From Octopus bimaculoides (lineage: Eukaryota), in assembly GCF_001194135.2 (NCBI RefSeq), contig NC_068982.1, positions 35,326,252 to 35,384,923 on the forward strand: a stretch of DNA of 58,672 nucleotides, written 5' to 3'. The translations under genes and the position numbers were made by a program. The notes under the pieces were generated by a model that was not told the origin of the DNA, ran no database searches, and saw only the letters and a list, made by a program, of their open reading frames with translations. This document shows positions 11,147 through 23,060 of this stretch, piece by piece. Numbering within the stretch: position 1 is the stretch's first letter; each line of letters starts with the position of its first letter.

Positions 11147-11266
11147 TTATTTATCTAACTATCTAGGTAGGTAGATAGATAGGTAGGTAGGCAGCTAGCT
11201 ATGTAGGTAGGTAGGTAGGTAGGCAGCTAGCTATGTAGGTAGGTAGGTAGGTAAGTAGGTAGGTGG

Positions 11267-11316
<50 letters not shown>

Positions 11317-11320
11317 ATCT
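11070..11320. repeat. Compound tetranucleotide microsatellite (TATG/TATC/TAGG)
   Basis: Direct reading. Confidence 0.95.
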
Positions 11321-11321
11321 A

Positions 11322-11583
11322 GTTAGGGCTTTTCTTTCCACGGCCAAACCTAAACTGTCCTCCCCTCCTTTTACACGAGAACATTACTGTGATACACGAT
11401 CCCTATTGATCGCCCTTTTTTTTTTTATCCCTTTTGATCCCTTTTGATCGAACTACCCCCTTTTCCTTCCTACGATCCCTTTTGATCGACCCCCCCTTTT
11501 TTTCCTTCCCCCTCCCAAAAAGAAAAGCTCTACATTGTATTTGTCCCATCTTCGTTGAGCCCTGTGTGGCTAATAAAAGAAAT
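11322..11583 (+). mobile_element. 3' end of a retroposon sharing its tail with SINE B
   Basis: Ends tttgtcccatcttcgttgagccctgtgtggctaataaaagaaat, similar to the tail at 41890-41937; internal gatcccttttgatcg repeats. Confidence 0.55.
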
Positions 11584-11819
11584 GTATCTAGTTAGTTAGC
11601 TAGATAGATAGATAGATGTGTGTGTGTGCATAAACGCACATCCGTCTATCTCGATCTATCAATGTACCTTTCTGCGTATTTATCTGCCTGTCTATCTATT
11701 TTTTTTTTTTATCTGTGTGTATGTCTCTATCCGTTTGTCTGCCTATCAATCTCTCCAACCGCTCGTATAGCTGTCTCTGTTTCTGCTTTCCTATCTATAC
11801 TGTTGTCTATCAAAATTTA

Positions 11820-12020
11820 GGCGGCCAGCTCGCAGAACCTTTAATGCGTCGGACAAAATGCTCAGCGGCATTTTTTTCCGGCCATTTACGTCCTAAGTTC
11901 AAATTCCGCCGAGTACAGCCTTGCTTTCATCGATAAAATAAGTATCAGTCGAGCTCTGAGGTCAATGTAATCGACTGCCCATTCCCCTCAAAACTGCTGG
12001 CCTTGTGCCAAAATTAGAAT
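11820..12020 (+). mobile_element. SINE B copy, alternative tail
   Basis: ggcggccagctcgcagaa..aagttcaaattccgccgag..gtcaatgtaatcgac..ggccttgtgccaaaattagaa. Confidence 0.85.
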
Positions 12021-12039
12021 ACATTTATCAGAATTTCTA

Positions 12040-12450
12040 TCTATCTATCTATTTTCCTATAAGTATCTACCCATCAGTTTTTCTCACACTTTATCTGCCT
12101 GTCTGTTTGCCTGCCGTTTTGCATATCAATCTGTCAGTTTGGCTATCAATGTATCTTCCTATTATACTTCTATTAATACAAAATCTATCTATCTATCTAT
12201 CTCTCTTTGTTGGCTTGTGTGCCTATATGTCTGCCGGTCTATCTATGTCTGTCTATCAATGTCTTTGCGTCTGTCTACCAGTACCTCAGTCTATTGATCT
12301 GGCTGGCTATCTGTCATGCTCTTCCTTCTGTCACTCAATTTCTCTCTATCTATCTATCTATCTATCTACCTATCTACCATTCTGTGTGTGTGCGTATTCA
12401 TCTCTCCCTCTCTCTATCTCATTTTATAGATAGATAGATAGATAGATAGA
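12040..12450. repeat. Degenerate (TATC/TGTC)n low-complexity tract
   Basis: Direct reading; source of the spurious 142-aa ORF. Confidence 0.9.
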
Positions 12451-12605
12451 TGCAGGTATGGCTGTGTGGTTAGAAGATTACTTCCCAACCACATAGTTCC
12501 AGGTTCGGTTCCATTGTGTGGCACCTTGGGCAAGTGTCGTCTACTATAGACTCAGGTCGACCAAAGCCTTAGTGGATTGATAGACAGAAACTGAAAGAAC
12601 GTCGT
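12449..12605 (+). mobile_element. SINE A head
   Basis: gatgcaggtatggctgtgtggttagaagattacttcccaacc. Confidence 0.85.
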
Positions 12606-12731
12606 ACATATTTGTATATATATATATGTAACGCATAAATATGTATATGTAGAGACGCCTATGTGTTTGTGCGTGTGTGTGTATATGTATATGTATATAT
12701 ATAGAGAGAGAGTGCGTGTATGTGTGTGTGC

Positions 12732-12776
<45 letters not shown>

Positions 12777-12786
12777 TGTGTGTGAA

Positions 12787-13095
12787 AGCGCGGGGTTTAG
12801 TGGTTAGGGCGTTCGGCTCATGATCGTAAGGTTGTGAGTTCAATTCCCGGCAACGTATTGTGTCAGGGCACTTTATTTCACGTTGCTCCAGTCCACTCTA
12901 CTGACAAAATTGAGAAGTACCTGTATTTCAAAGGGCCAACCTTATCACATTCTGTGTCACGCTGAATCTCCTTGAGAACTACGTTAAGGGTACACGTATC
13001 TGTGGAGTGCTCAGCCACTTGCACGTTAATTTCAAGAGCAAGCTGTTCCATTGATCGTATCAGCTGGTGCCCTCGTCGTCGAAACCGATGGATTG
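12787..13095 (+). mobile_element. SINE C, tail type 1
   Basis: tRNA-like head gtggttagggcgttcggctcatgatcgtaaggttgtgagttcaattccc; tail gtacctgtatttcaaagggcc..ccctcgtcgtcgaaaccg. Confidence 0.85.
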
Positions 13096-13105
13096 ATCCT
13101 TGAGA

Positions 13106-13320
13106 GAAGCATGGCTGTGTGGTGAGAAGCTTGCTTCCCAATCACATGGTTCTAGGTCCAGTCCCACTGCATGGACAAGTGACTTCTGCTATAGCCTCAG
13201 GCTGACCAAAAATGGAAACGTTTGTGTGTTGCTCTGTCTTTCACCACTACTTGACAACCGGTGCTGGTATGTTTACATCCCTATCACTTAGCAGTTTGAC
13301 AAAGTAGATAGAATAAGAAT
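13106..13320 (+). mobile_element. SINE A, internally deleted
   Basis: A head plus part of the 3' half. Confidence 0.8.
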
Positions 13321-13338
13321 TATCTATCTATCTATCTA

Positions 13339-13391
<53 letters not shown>

Positions 13392-13582
13392 AATCTACTT
13401 ATACATGTATTTATGAGTGAGTATGTATTAGTACATGAAAATGTATATATGGATTCACAGACCAATATAAGTGTATGTGTGTGTGTCTGTGTGTGTGTGT
13501 GTGTGTGTAGCTACATAGATATACCTATATACATGTGTACATGTAAATTTATATATACATATGTAAATATATATTTATATAA

Positions 13583-13918
13583 GATGCAGGTGTAGCTGTG
13601 TGATAAGAAGCTTGCTTTTCAACCACATGGTTCCAGGTTCAGTCCCACTGCATGGCACCTTGGGCAAATATCTTCTACTATAGCCTTGGGCTGATCAAAG
13701 CCTTGTGATTTAGTAGGCAGAAGCTGAAAAAAGTCCGTCATATATACGTGTGTTTGTGTGTGCTTGTCTTTGTGTCTGTGTTTGTCCCCCACCACTGCTC
13801 AACAACTGGTGTTGATGTGTTTATGTCCCTATGACTTAGCAGTTCGGAATAAGAGACCAATACAATAAGTACCGAGCTTATTCTGCACGGCCACACTCTA
13901 AAAATGACTGAAACCAGT

Positions 13919-13922
<4 letters not shown>
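13583..13922 (+). mobile_element. SINE A tail type 1, CpG-decayed
   Basis: Full structure, with CpG sites converted to TpG/CpA. Confidence 0.85.
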
Positions 13923-13976
<54 letters not shown>

Positions 13977-13980
13977 CTTC

Positions 13981-14070
13981 ATTTTTGTATCTGGTTTGCA
14001 AGATTCTTTTTATGAATTTGTGTGTTGAAACAAATTTTGTTGTCTAGGGAGAGTCATTATGCCAAGATAA
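13981..14070 (-). mobile_element. Penelope-like fragment related to 58350-58450
   Basis: gcaagattctttttatgaatttgtgtgttgaaaca..gagagtcattatgcc aligns with the segment next to the 58.5-kb hammerhead. Confidence 0.45.
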
Positions 14071-15094
14071 TTAGCACACACACTCGTTCAATTCCACTCG
14101 TTTATTATTAGTTAATTGTTTAAGTATCCAACGAACTAATCTGTTTCGTTTTTGTTTGTCAAAGCTCTTTTGTTGCTACTTACAACCTTTTCAATGATTA
14201 TTGACTTAGTTCATTATGTATGTACGTATGCATTTATGAATATATTTACATATTAATATGTATCTGCAAATTATGTATATATTATTAAACCAGATAATAA
14301 GTCTGTCCTTTTCCTTAATGGCATGTCGACTTTGGAGAATTCTTGATTCATGAGATTGTTTCCCTTCCTCATATGAAGCTAGTCTTAACTATGTACGATG
14401 AAGATACATCCTCAGAACAATTTTAATAAATTAAGAATCCATGCTGCATGATATTTGATAGATTTGTATTTGTCTGTTATGTGTGTGTGCATGTGTGTGT
14501 GTATGTATAACATGTATGTACACACATATATGTGTGTTTATGTCATCAGCATCATGATTTAACATGTTTTCTATGCTGGCATGTGTTAGTTGATCCCAAT
14601 GTCAGACTTTGCTTGGTTTTTATGACTGGATTGAGTGTCCTTCTTAACGTCAACCACTTTACAGTGTGTATTTAGTGCTTTTTTCATGATACCAGCATAA
14701 GTGAGGTTACCAAGTAACTTGCAAGACAGAAAAAGCAAAAGCCCTCTCAACTAAATGTATTTGAGAAAAGCGTGATGTGGCCATGTGCCAAATGTTGAAG
14801 TATTATAGAGTGACAAGTACTGGTGTCTTGTTATCGAGAAGTTGTAGAGAGCAGCAGTATCATAACACTGGAAATAAATCAGGAAGTAGGGAGATAATGT
14901 GCTGTCTGTGAGAGGGGAGGGAGATGAACAGTGGCAGTGATAGAGGTCAGAGGTACATCAGGCTGGCTCTGATGAGTGGGACAACAAAGGTGGTTGGAGC
15001 ATTAGTGGTGGATATAGAAGTGTGTTGAGAATGATAACAGATAGGTGCAAGAAAAGATAACTGAAGGCAATCAAATGCTTCTTCTATTACCAAC

Positions 15095-15270
15095 ACATCA
15101 TCATCATTTAACATCTGTTTTCCATGCTGGCATGGATTAGATGGTTTGACTGGAGCTGGTATACCAGAGAGCTGCATTAGGCTCTGTTTTGGCTTGGTTT
15201 TTACAGCTGGATGCCCTTCCTAATGCCAACCACTCCAAGAGTGTACTGGTTGCCTTTCATATGTCACCTG
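15095..15270 (-). mobile_element. Retroposon D 3' end (RTE-type tail, (GAT)n)
   Basis: catcatcatcatttaacatctgttttccatgctggcatgg..cagctggatgcccttcctaatgccaaccactc. Similar copies near 14545, 21205, 24325, 25995, 44745, 45150 and 50437. Confidence 0.8.
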
Positions 15271-15319
15271 CACAAATACTTTTTAGATGTCTCCAGCAAT
15301 GGCCATTACCACGACTTCA

Positions 15320-15610
15320 CTTTGCTTGATGTGTCTTCCCAAGCACAGCAAATCACCAGAAGTTTCAGTCACTTGTCATCACCTCAGTGAGACTCAACAA
15401 CCAAAGATCATATTTCATTACCTCATCCAATGTCTTAATGGGTCTACCCCGTCCACAGTTTCCCTCCACAATTCAAGATCAGCACTTCTTTACACAGCTA
15501 TCCTTGTCCATATGCATCACATGATCATACCAGCGCAGTCTTCTATCTTGCACCCTACAGCTGATGTCTCTTATTTTCAAGCAAGGTCTTATTTCACTTT
15601 GACCAGTTTT
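15320..15610 (-). mobile_element. RTE-clade LINE 3' fragment
   Basis: IRDISCRVQDRRLRWYDHVMHMDKDSCVKKC*..VEGNCGRGRPIKTLDEVMKYDL. Confidence 0.9.
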
Positions 15611-15675
15611 TTTTTTTTCATGGAAGACTGATAATGCATGACACTGCTTATATTGTGGTAACTGACATCTATGTT

Positions 15676-15712
<37 letters not shown>

Positions 15713-15770
15713 AATCAACATTGAACAACCCTAAACATAAATTATGTCAGTTGAATATATAATATATATA

Positions 15771-15806
<36 letters not shown>

Positions 15807-16369
15807 AACCTAACCTAGATCTGCTAGTAATGTGAATCCATAGGTAAAAGTTACTATATAATTACCTGAAATTATACCCTGTACTATTTCAAGTAATTGA
15901 AACTTGTAGCTTTGAAAGTTGTCTATGATTGAGCTAACGAAATTACAGGTGGTGAGTGTGGTTGAGCTTTAATACTGAATACAGATTGGTGCTATTCTGA
16001 ATGAAAGAACAAATGAAGGAGTAATACTATTTAAAGCATGTTATGAATGTGACAGCGGAAAAAAAAAACAAAAAAACTTTGACCAGTAACATACTATATA
16101 TGGAATAGTAAGGAAGTTTGATTTCTGTATATATTTTTGTGTCAGCTTGATTAGATCTATACCTTTTTATGTTTTACTTATTTCAGCCATTGTGGCCATG
16201 TTGGGGCACCATCTTGAAGGGTTTTTAGTCAGACAAATAAACTCCTTTTTAAATCAGTTTCTTATTTTATCAATCATTTTTTTTTTCAAACTGCTAAGTG
16301 AGGAGTAGGGTGTAAACAAACCAACTGCAGCTTTTTCAAGTGGTGTGGGGACAAATACATTCTGTAAAG

Positions 16370-16652
16370 CATTGGTTCCCAAACTTTTGGGGACTGCTGC
16401 CCCCTTGGCACTCAGGCCACGTTCCTAACACCCCCACCACCACTTATCACCACAAACATAGACCTTTTCTGCAGCAAATTTAAAACAACTGTATTTCACT
16501 TATAAAACAATAAAATTTAACTTAATTAACCCATGATTTTGTTGTTTTTACATCCATTGCCTTCTTGACCACCCTACTATCACCACACTTTTCTTCAACA
16601 CCCCACTGAAATTTTCCATTGTCCCCAGGAAGGCATTACTGCCCACTTTGGG
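16370..16652. mobile_element. hAT-type MITE
   Basis: Starts cattggttcccaaactttt, ends gcccactttggg (degenerate CAGTGGTTCCCAAA TIR). Confidence 0.6.
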
Positions 16653-18451
16653 TGCTTGTTTCAGTCATTGATCTGTGGCCATGCTGGGGAACCACCTTAA
16701 AGGGCTTGGTCAAACAAGTCAACTCCAGTATTTATATTTTATGATTGATACTTATTCTGTTGGTCATTTTTGCCAAGTTACAGGGACCATCTTAAAGGGT
16801 TTACTTGAGTAAATTGATCCCAGTGCTTATTTTTAAGCCTGGTACTTATTCTATGGGTTTCTTTTGCCAAGCCACTAAGTTACAAGGACATAAACAAAGC
16901 AACACTGGTTATCGAGTGGTGGTTGGGGACAACCATAGCATGCACACATATACCATCATCATATTATTTTTAAGTTGCACTTTTCCATGCTCACATGGGT
17001 CAGATGGAATTTGTTGAGGTGGATTTCTACAGCCAGATGCTCATCTTGTCACCATATATATATAACAAACTAAAGAATTTGTCATTAGTATCACAAACTT
17101 GGGTCTGTTTAATTGAGAGTAGTTGGAACAAAGTCAGTTCAGGCTTGGGAGTCACAATATGCTCAAAACTTATGGTCAGTGGTTCAACTCCTGGTGTAGG
17201 TTAACTTTATGTTCTGAGAGTCATTCAGAATTATATTTATAATAATTATCAGATCGACTGAAAGAAAACAAAAAATGGCTTCATGGCTAGAGTGCTGAGC
17301 TGACTGAATGTTTGATTTGGCAATTTAATAGCTCAAAGCCTCAATTTTGAACACTGTTAGGATAGATGTCTATATGTCCATAGGCCTAGAAAAGGATTCT
17401 GTGAAAGTAAGGTCTATTTCCCTTTTTCTTGGTTAGGGGTTTAAGGTGGCAAGAGGCAATTCCAGAGAAATTGCTGTCCAGAGAACAAATTAAATTATTG
17501 CTATGTCTGTCTTATCTTATTTTTGTTTTATCTTTTCCGTTTCGTTCCATCCTCACCCCCCTCTCACTCTTCGTGAATATAGATGATACAGGGTGCATAA
17601 TTTAATTCAATTGAAATAATGAAATACTGGTGAGAGGCTTGTAAAATTCTTTTTGTATGGGTGCTGAAAACCATCTTGCCCTAAGGCAACTATCATTGTG
17701 AACGTCAAGGGTGGGTTTTTTTCTGGCTTCAAGTAAAAGGGGAACTCTCTAGTTTAACCTCAACAGAGGTTAACAATTTAATTATCGCATGTTACATGCA
17801 TGTAGTAAAACCCTTAATTACTGATGTTTTACACATTGCTGTCCAGCTAGTATTAAATCCAGTTATTAATCGGTCATTCACTGAATCAAATTTTTTTTAT
17901 ATCTTACAGATCTCTTAACTGAGATTACTCTTATTTCTATTCTGTGTTTCATTCCTCCTTTCATTTTTCATTCATTTCTTATTATATTTCACTTATTTCA
18001 CATTTTGTACTCTCTTTTCCCTCCTTTTCATTCATCTATTCATCTTATTCACACATCCTACTTCTCTTCTCCTTTCTTTCCTCTTATTCACTTTTTTCTA
18101 TCTTTTGTTTTTCTTTTAATTCTTAGTCTTTTTCTTCTCACATCCTAACTGTTTTCCTACATTCTTCTCATTCATTCATATTGCTTCTCATTTCTTCTTC
18201 TTCTTCTTCTTCTTCTTCTTCTTCTCCTCCTCCTCCTTCTCATACTTTTCTCTTTCTCTCTTTCCCTCTCTCAGTATTATTTTACATATTTACTACACTA
18301 TTTCACAGAACCTTGTATCCCTGCCATATTTACCGTGTCAGACAACTCACCTTAGGTAACACCAACACTGACTAAAAACAAAAAATCCATAATTTTTGTC
18401 TATATGTATGTATATATGTATTTGAATAGAAAAGAATAGAAAATTGTCCTT

Positions 18452-18714
18452 GTGTTTAATTCCTGACATTACATTGTGTCCTTGAGCAAGACACTTTATT
18501 TCATGTTGCTCCAGTCCACTCAGCTGGCAAAAAATGAGTAGTACCTGTATTTCAAAGGGCCAGCCTTGTCACACTGTGTAGCACTGAATCTCTCTGAGAA
18601 TTACATTAAGGATACATGTCTGTGGATGCTCATCAACCACTTGCACATCAATTTCACAGGCAAACTGTTCCATTAATCAGATCAACTGTGACCCTCATAG
18701 TCATAGCTGAGTGC

Positions 18715-18716
<2 letters not shown>
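18452..18716 (+). mobile_element. SINE C, tail type 1 (5'-truncated)
   Basis: ttgtgtccttgagcaagacactttatttcatgttgctccagtccactcagctggc..gtacctgtatttcaaagggcc. Confidence 0.85.
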
Positions 18717-18753
<37 letters not shown>

Positions 18754-18763
18754 NNNNNNNNNN

Positions 18764-18794
<31 letters not shown>

Positions 18795-18994
18795 TGTACA
18801 TGTATAAATATATGTGTACATGTATGTATATAAGTGTGTGTGTGTGTATTTATATAATTATAAATAAGTGTGTGTGTATATATATATGTATATATATATA
18901 ACATGAATGTCATTTCCATTGTTTTTATCTTCTCACTCATATTGGTAACTAAATCAATGCAGAATCAGTAAAAGACAAATTGCTTCTTAATAAT

Positions 18995-19600
18995 TACTTA
19001 CATATGTAGACATTCTGATTGCTTTTCATCCTTCCAATGTCATCATCAAAGTAAGTACCTGTTAGGCACTATGGTCAAATAAATCAATTAATAACACCAC
19101 CACCACCACCACCACCACCCAAAAATGTGTGACCTTGATGTTAAAAATCAATATTAAACTGAATTGTCTTTGTGTATTCAGTTAACAACTGGTTTGTGTT
19201 TGCGTGTTCACATTCGCTTGTGTATTTTAGTTTCCTTTTGATGTAAGCAATGCCAGATTTATTTATTGAATATTCATCGACCAACAGATTCTGAAGAAGA
19301 ATCCATTTCTTGAAAGAAGCAAGATGCTTGATATTTTCAAAGAAAAGCACATGATACTTTGTGACATTTATAGTTTTCCTGATGATCTTGGAAGCATAAA
19401 GGATGTGTCCAACGTCTACATTGCTTACTTAAGCCCTTCGTTCCATCTGGTGCCGAAGATCATCAACAACTTTTCTCCACTTCTCTCCACTCTTGTTGGT
19501 TTTGAATAAACATCGATGCTCCTGTAACTTTGCTTTTATCTATGTATAGGTGTTCACTTTATGCAAGCTCATTTTTATCTCTGAAAAGAAGTTGTCTGTA
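18995..19600 (-). mobile_element. Ancient non-LTR reverse-transcriptase relic, one frame with stops
   Basis: One frame gives GHILYASKIIRK..LFFENIK..EYSINKSGIAYIK..LTEY..HQGHTF..TYFDDDIG, matching the order of RT motifs DHI / FxDxxKAFD / YGI / RQG / YADD by eye. Confidence 0.55.
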
Positions 19601-19841
19601 TTAGTCTGGCCTCTATCCTTTGACCTGTCCAACATCGGAGGACCTACCAGTAGCTTCCACTCCACTAGCATAGCTTTTGGGGTCAGTAATACGCACAAAC
19701 CTACTATGAGGGCTGAACCAGGTGGTGACAATGCCTACATTAGTGGCTCTCAAATAGTATACACTGCATACTGTACTGATACATTGCAAGGAGTATCAGG
19801 AGTATCCAGGTCTTCTTTGAATTATTAAAAATATAACTTAA

Positions 19842-20062
19842 CCCTTTAGTATTCAAACCAGCCATATCCAGCCCATATATTTTCTCTGGTTTATGTTCAA
19901 ACAGGCCAGATCTAACTTCTCACACTTACCCTACAATATCAGTAAAGAAATATGCAATCATATCATCAGAATCTCAAAGCTACAAGATAATGCAGGATTT
20001 TTTACAAAATAATGTGAATAAATAAGCATCACATTTGAAAAAGTAATCTGAATGCTAAAGAG
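19842..20062. mobile_element. piggyBac-type MITE
   Basis: TTAA|CCCTTTAGTATTCA ... TGAATGCTAAAGAG|TTAA: TIRs plus TTAA duplication. Confidence 0.8.
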
Positions 20063-20097
20063 TTAAGAGTTAACATTATTCATAACATAGTAAATTC

Positions 20098-20400
20098 AAC
20101 CAAGGTCAACTGTACCCTTCATCCTTTCAAGGTTGATAAAACAAGTAGCAGTTGAGCACTGGGGTCAATGTAATCGACTTACACCCCTCCCCTGAAATTG
20201 TTGACTTTGTGTCAAAATTTGAAACCATTATTATTATTATTTTTATTATTATTATTATTAAGAATTCTGCCAAGGTCAACTTTACGTTTCATCCTTTCAG
20301 TGTCAATAAAACAAGTACCAGTTGAGTACTGGGGTCAATGTAATCAACTTACACTCTTTCACCAAAATCGCTGGCCTTGTGCCAAAATGTGAAACCATTA
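20098..20400 (+). mobile_element. Two tandem 3' halves of SINE B separated by (TTA)n
   Basis: caaggtcaact..tcatcctttca..ggggtcaatgtaatc repeated at 20100 and 20272. Confidence 0.8.
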
Positions 20401-20683
20401 TTCATAATATGTTTTTCAGTTTTGTTCAATGTTAGAACATTTGTCATGTCTGCAGAAGATGTGGGTTCAAGTCCCATGGGTAGCCTTTCTAAAGGTTATT
20501 CCTAATATTGATATTATTTGTGAACATACATGGATGGGTGGTTAGGATGTTGAGTTCATGATCATAAAGTTACAGGTTCAATTCTTAGACTGGATGGTGA
20601 ATTGTATCAAGGTGGTGCCCCAGCATGGTCGCAGTCTAATGACTGAAATAAGTGAAAGATAAAAGATAGATAGATATATATAT

Positions 20684-20828
20684 AGGCATGGCTGTGTGTT
20701 AAGAAGCTTACTTCACAACCACATGGTTCTAGGTTCAGTCTCACTGTGCGGCACCTTGGGCAAGTGTCTTCCACTATGTCCTTGGGCCTTGTGAGTGGAT
20801 TTGGTAAATAGAAACTGAAAGCAGCTCG

Positions 20829-20871
<43 letters not shown>

Positions 20872-21075
20872 TTGTGTATCTGTGTTTGTCCCCTCACCAT
20901 CGCTTGACAACCGATGCTGGTGTGTTTACGTCCCTGTAACTTAGCACCTCTGCAAAAGAGACCAATAGAATAAGTACTAGGCTTACAAAGAATAAGTCCT
21001 AGGATCAATTTGTTCGACTATAGGCAATGTGCTCCAGCATGGCCGCAGTCAAATGACTGAAACCAATAGAAAAAT
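20684..21075 (+). mobile_element. SINE A tail type 1, full length
   Basis: Head, (TG)n, tail ..ccagcatggccgcagtcaaatgactgaaaccaa. Confidence 0.9.
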
Positions 21076-22257
21076 AAAAGAATATATTCTTTTAAATTAT
21101 TAACATTAAAGCATAGTTTGTTTGTTTTTTTTCATTTTAGGTTACTTTCTTTTCTTTCCATGCAAAATCTATCAACACATTTCTATTTTATCACTTCATT
21201 ATCATCATTGTTTTAACATCCACTTTTCCATGTTTGCATGGATCAGATGGAATTTATTGAAGCAGATTTTCTACAATCAGATGCCTTCTTCTTAACACCA
21301 GCTCTCAATTGTTTCCCAGTATAGTAATAATTTCCCATGGTGAGATATGCTTTTGTGGAATATTGTAAATGAATGTCACTGCTTGTATGACTGACTCTCA
21401 TTTACAACTATCATGCTATGTCAAAACAAGGACACACACACACACACCAAATCCACTCACAAAGCTTTGATCAGCCAGCTGCTATTGTAGAAAACAATTA
21501 CCCAAACTGTCACATGGTGGGACTGAACCCAGAACCATGTGATTGGGAAACAAACTTCTTAATTACATAGCCATAAGCAGGTGTGACTGCATGATTCTTC
21601 TACTACAAAATCAAAAAAGATTGAAAGCCACAAATCTGCACTTATCCAACAACTGGTTTCTAAATTACTGTCAATAATACCATGAACTAACTAAGAAAAG
21701 GAAAGCTACTTTTTTATGAAGCATTTTTCTCTTTTTTCATTGTTATCTTTCCTTTTGTTTTTATTTAGGTTAGGAGGAAAAGTGAGAGGTTAATTTTTTT
21801 TTATTTGACTTCTACATTTTTACATTACGTGCAGATATTTTGTCCTTGAACAAGATATTTAACTCTATTCATTTTAGTTTTGCTGTGGACATTTTACTGG
21901 TATAACTCACTCAGTTATTCAGAGCGACGTTTTTTTTATTTTTTTCCTTTTTTGGTAGAGATAGTTTACAAATTGAAATGAAGTAATTGCTAATTCAGCT
22001 GATGAAATCTTGTTTCATTGGTATGATAAGCTTATCTTTTGTAGACTAGCATTAGTTGTATCATTCATCCACCAAGTGACACTGTATAAACAGATCAAAC
22101 TAATTGTAACTGTTGTTGTTTAGTTTAACCCCAGGTCAACTGCAATCAAGCAACCTTATGATCAGTAACATTGAGCAGTGATTATCCTATTTTAAGAGAA
22201 ATATATTGTTCTACATTATCTAAAGAAGTGCTTTGCAAAAGTATTCGCGTGTAAGCA

Positions 22258-22728
22258 CAAGCGTGGTTGTGTAGTAAGAAGCTTTCTTCCCAACCACATG
22301 GTTCTGTGTTTAGTCCCACTATGTGGCACTTTAGACAAATGTTTTCTGCTATATCCTCAGGCCAACCAAAGCCTTGTGAGTGGGTTTGGTAGATGGAAAG
22401 TGAAAGAAGCCTATCATGCGCGTGTGTGTGTGCATGCATTGCATCCTTGTGTCTGTATTTGTCCCCCACCATTGCTTGCCAAACCGCTAAGTTATAGGGA
22501 CATAAACAAAGCAATACTGGTTGTCAAACAGTAGTGATGAACAAACACAAAGACACACACACGTGAATATATATATATATTTATATGTATGTATGTGTGT
22601 GAATGTATGTATATATATATGTGTGTGTGTGTGTGTCTCACCCATGCCAGCATTGGAAGGCAGAACATTAAATGATGATGATAATACATATAATATACAA
22701 ACATATATACATATACATATATGTATAC

Positions 22729-22761
<33 letters not shown>

Positions 22762-22862
22762 CGTATATATATATATATATATATACATACACACACACAC
22801 GNNNNNNNNNNACATACACACGCGCACGCACACACACACACACACACACTCACACACACACA

Positions 22863-22906
<44 letters not shown>

Positions 22907-23060
22907 CATGCACAAAACAGTTTCAGTTTCATTCTACCATGTTCACTCACAAGTCTTTGGTTAACCTGACGCTATAGTAGAACATACTTACCCAAGGTGC
23001 CACATAATGGAACTGAATCAAAGACCACAGAGTTGAAAACAAGCTTCTTAACCACACCTG
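22258..23060. mobile_element. Cluster of SINE A pieces in both orientations around TA/TG microsatellites
   Basis: A head + at 22258-22460, A tail - at 22465-22545, A head - at 22905-23060. Confidence 0.75.

Noticed and set aside
12787-12860. tRNA-like sequences with A and B boxes (also at heads of A, B and C copies)
   Set aside because: They are SINE heads continuing into SINE bodies, with no complete cloverleaf.
19002-19058. Neat 57-nt minus-strand exon GTYFDDDIGRMKSNQNVYI with GTAAGT donor
   Set aside because: It is in frame with the upstream RT-like relic and corresponds to the YADD motif, so a LINE origin explains it better.
19291-19316. CUGAAGA..GAAA hammerhead-like string
   Set aside because: Helix II only forms by consuming A9, and there is no helix I or III.
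19540-19542. Idea that in-frame TAG/TAA stops in the RT relic are recoded to Trp by A-to-I editing
   Set aside because: No supporting evidence; TGA stops also occur downstream and ordinary decay suffices.
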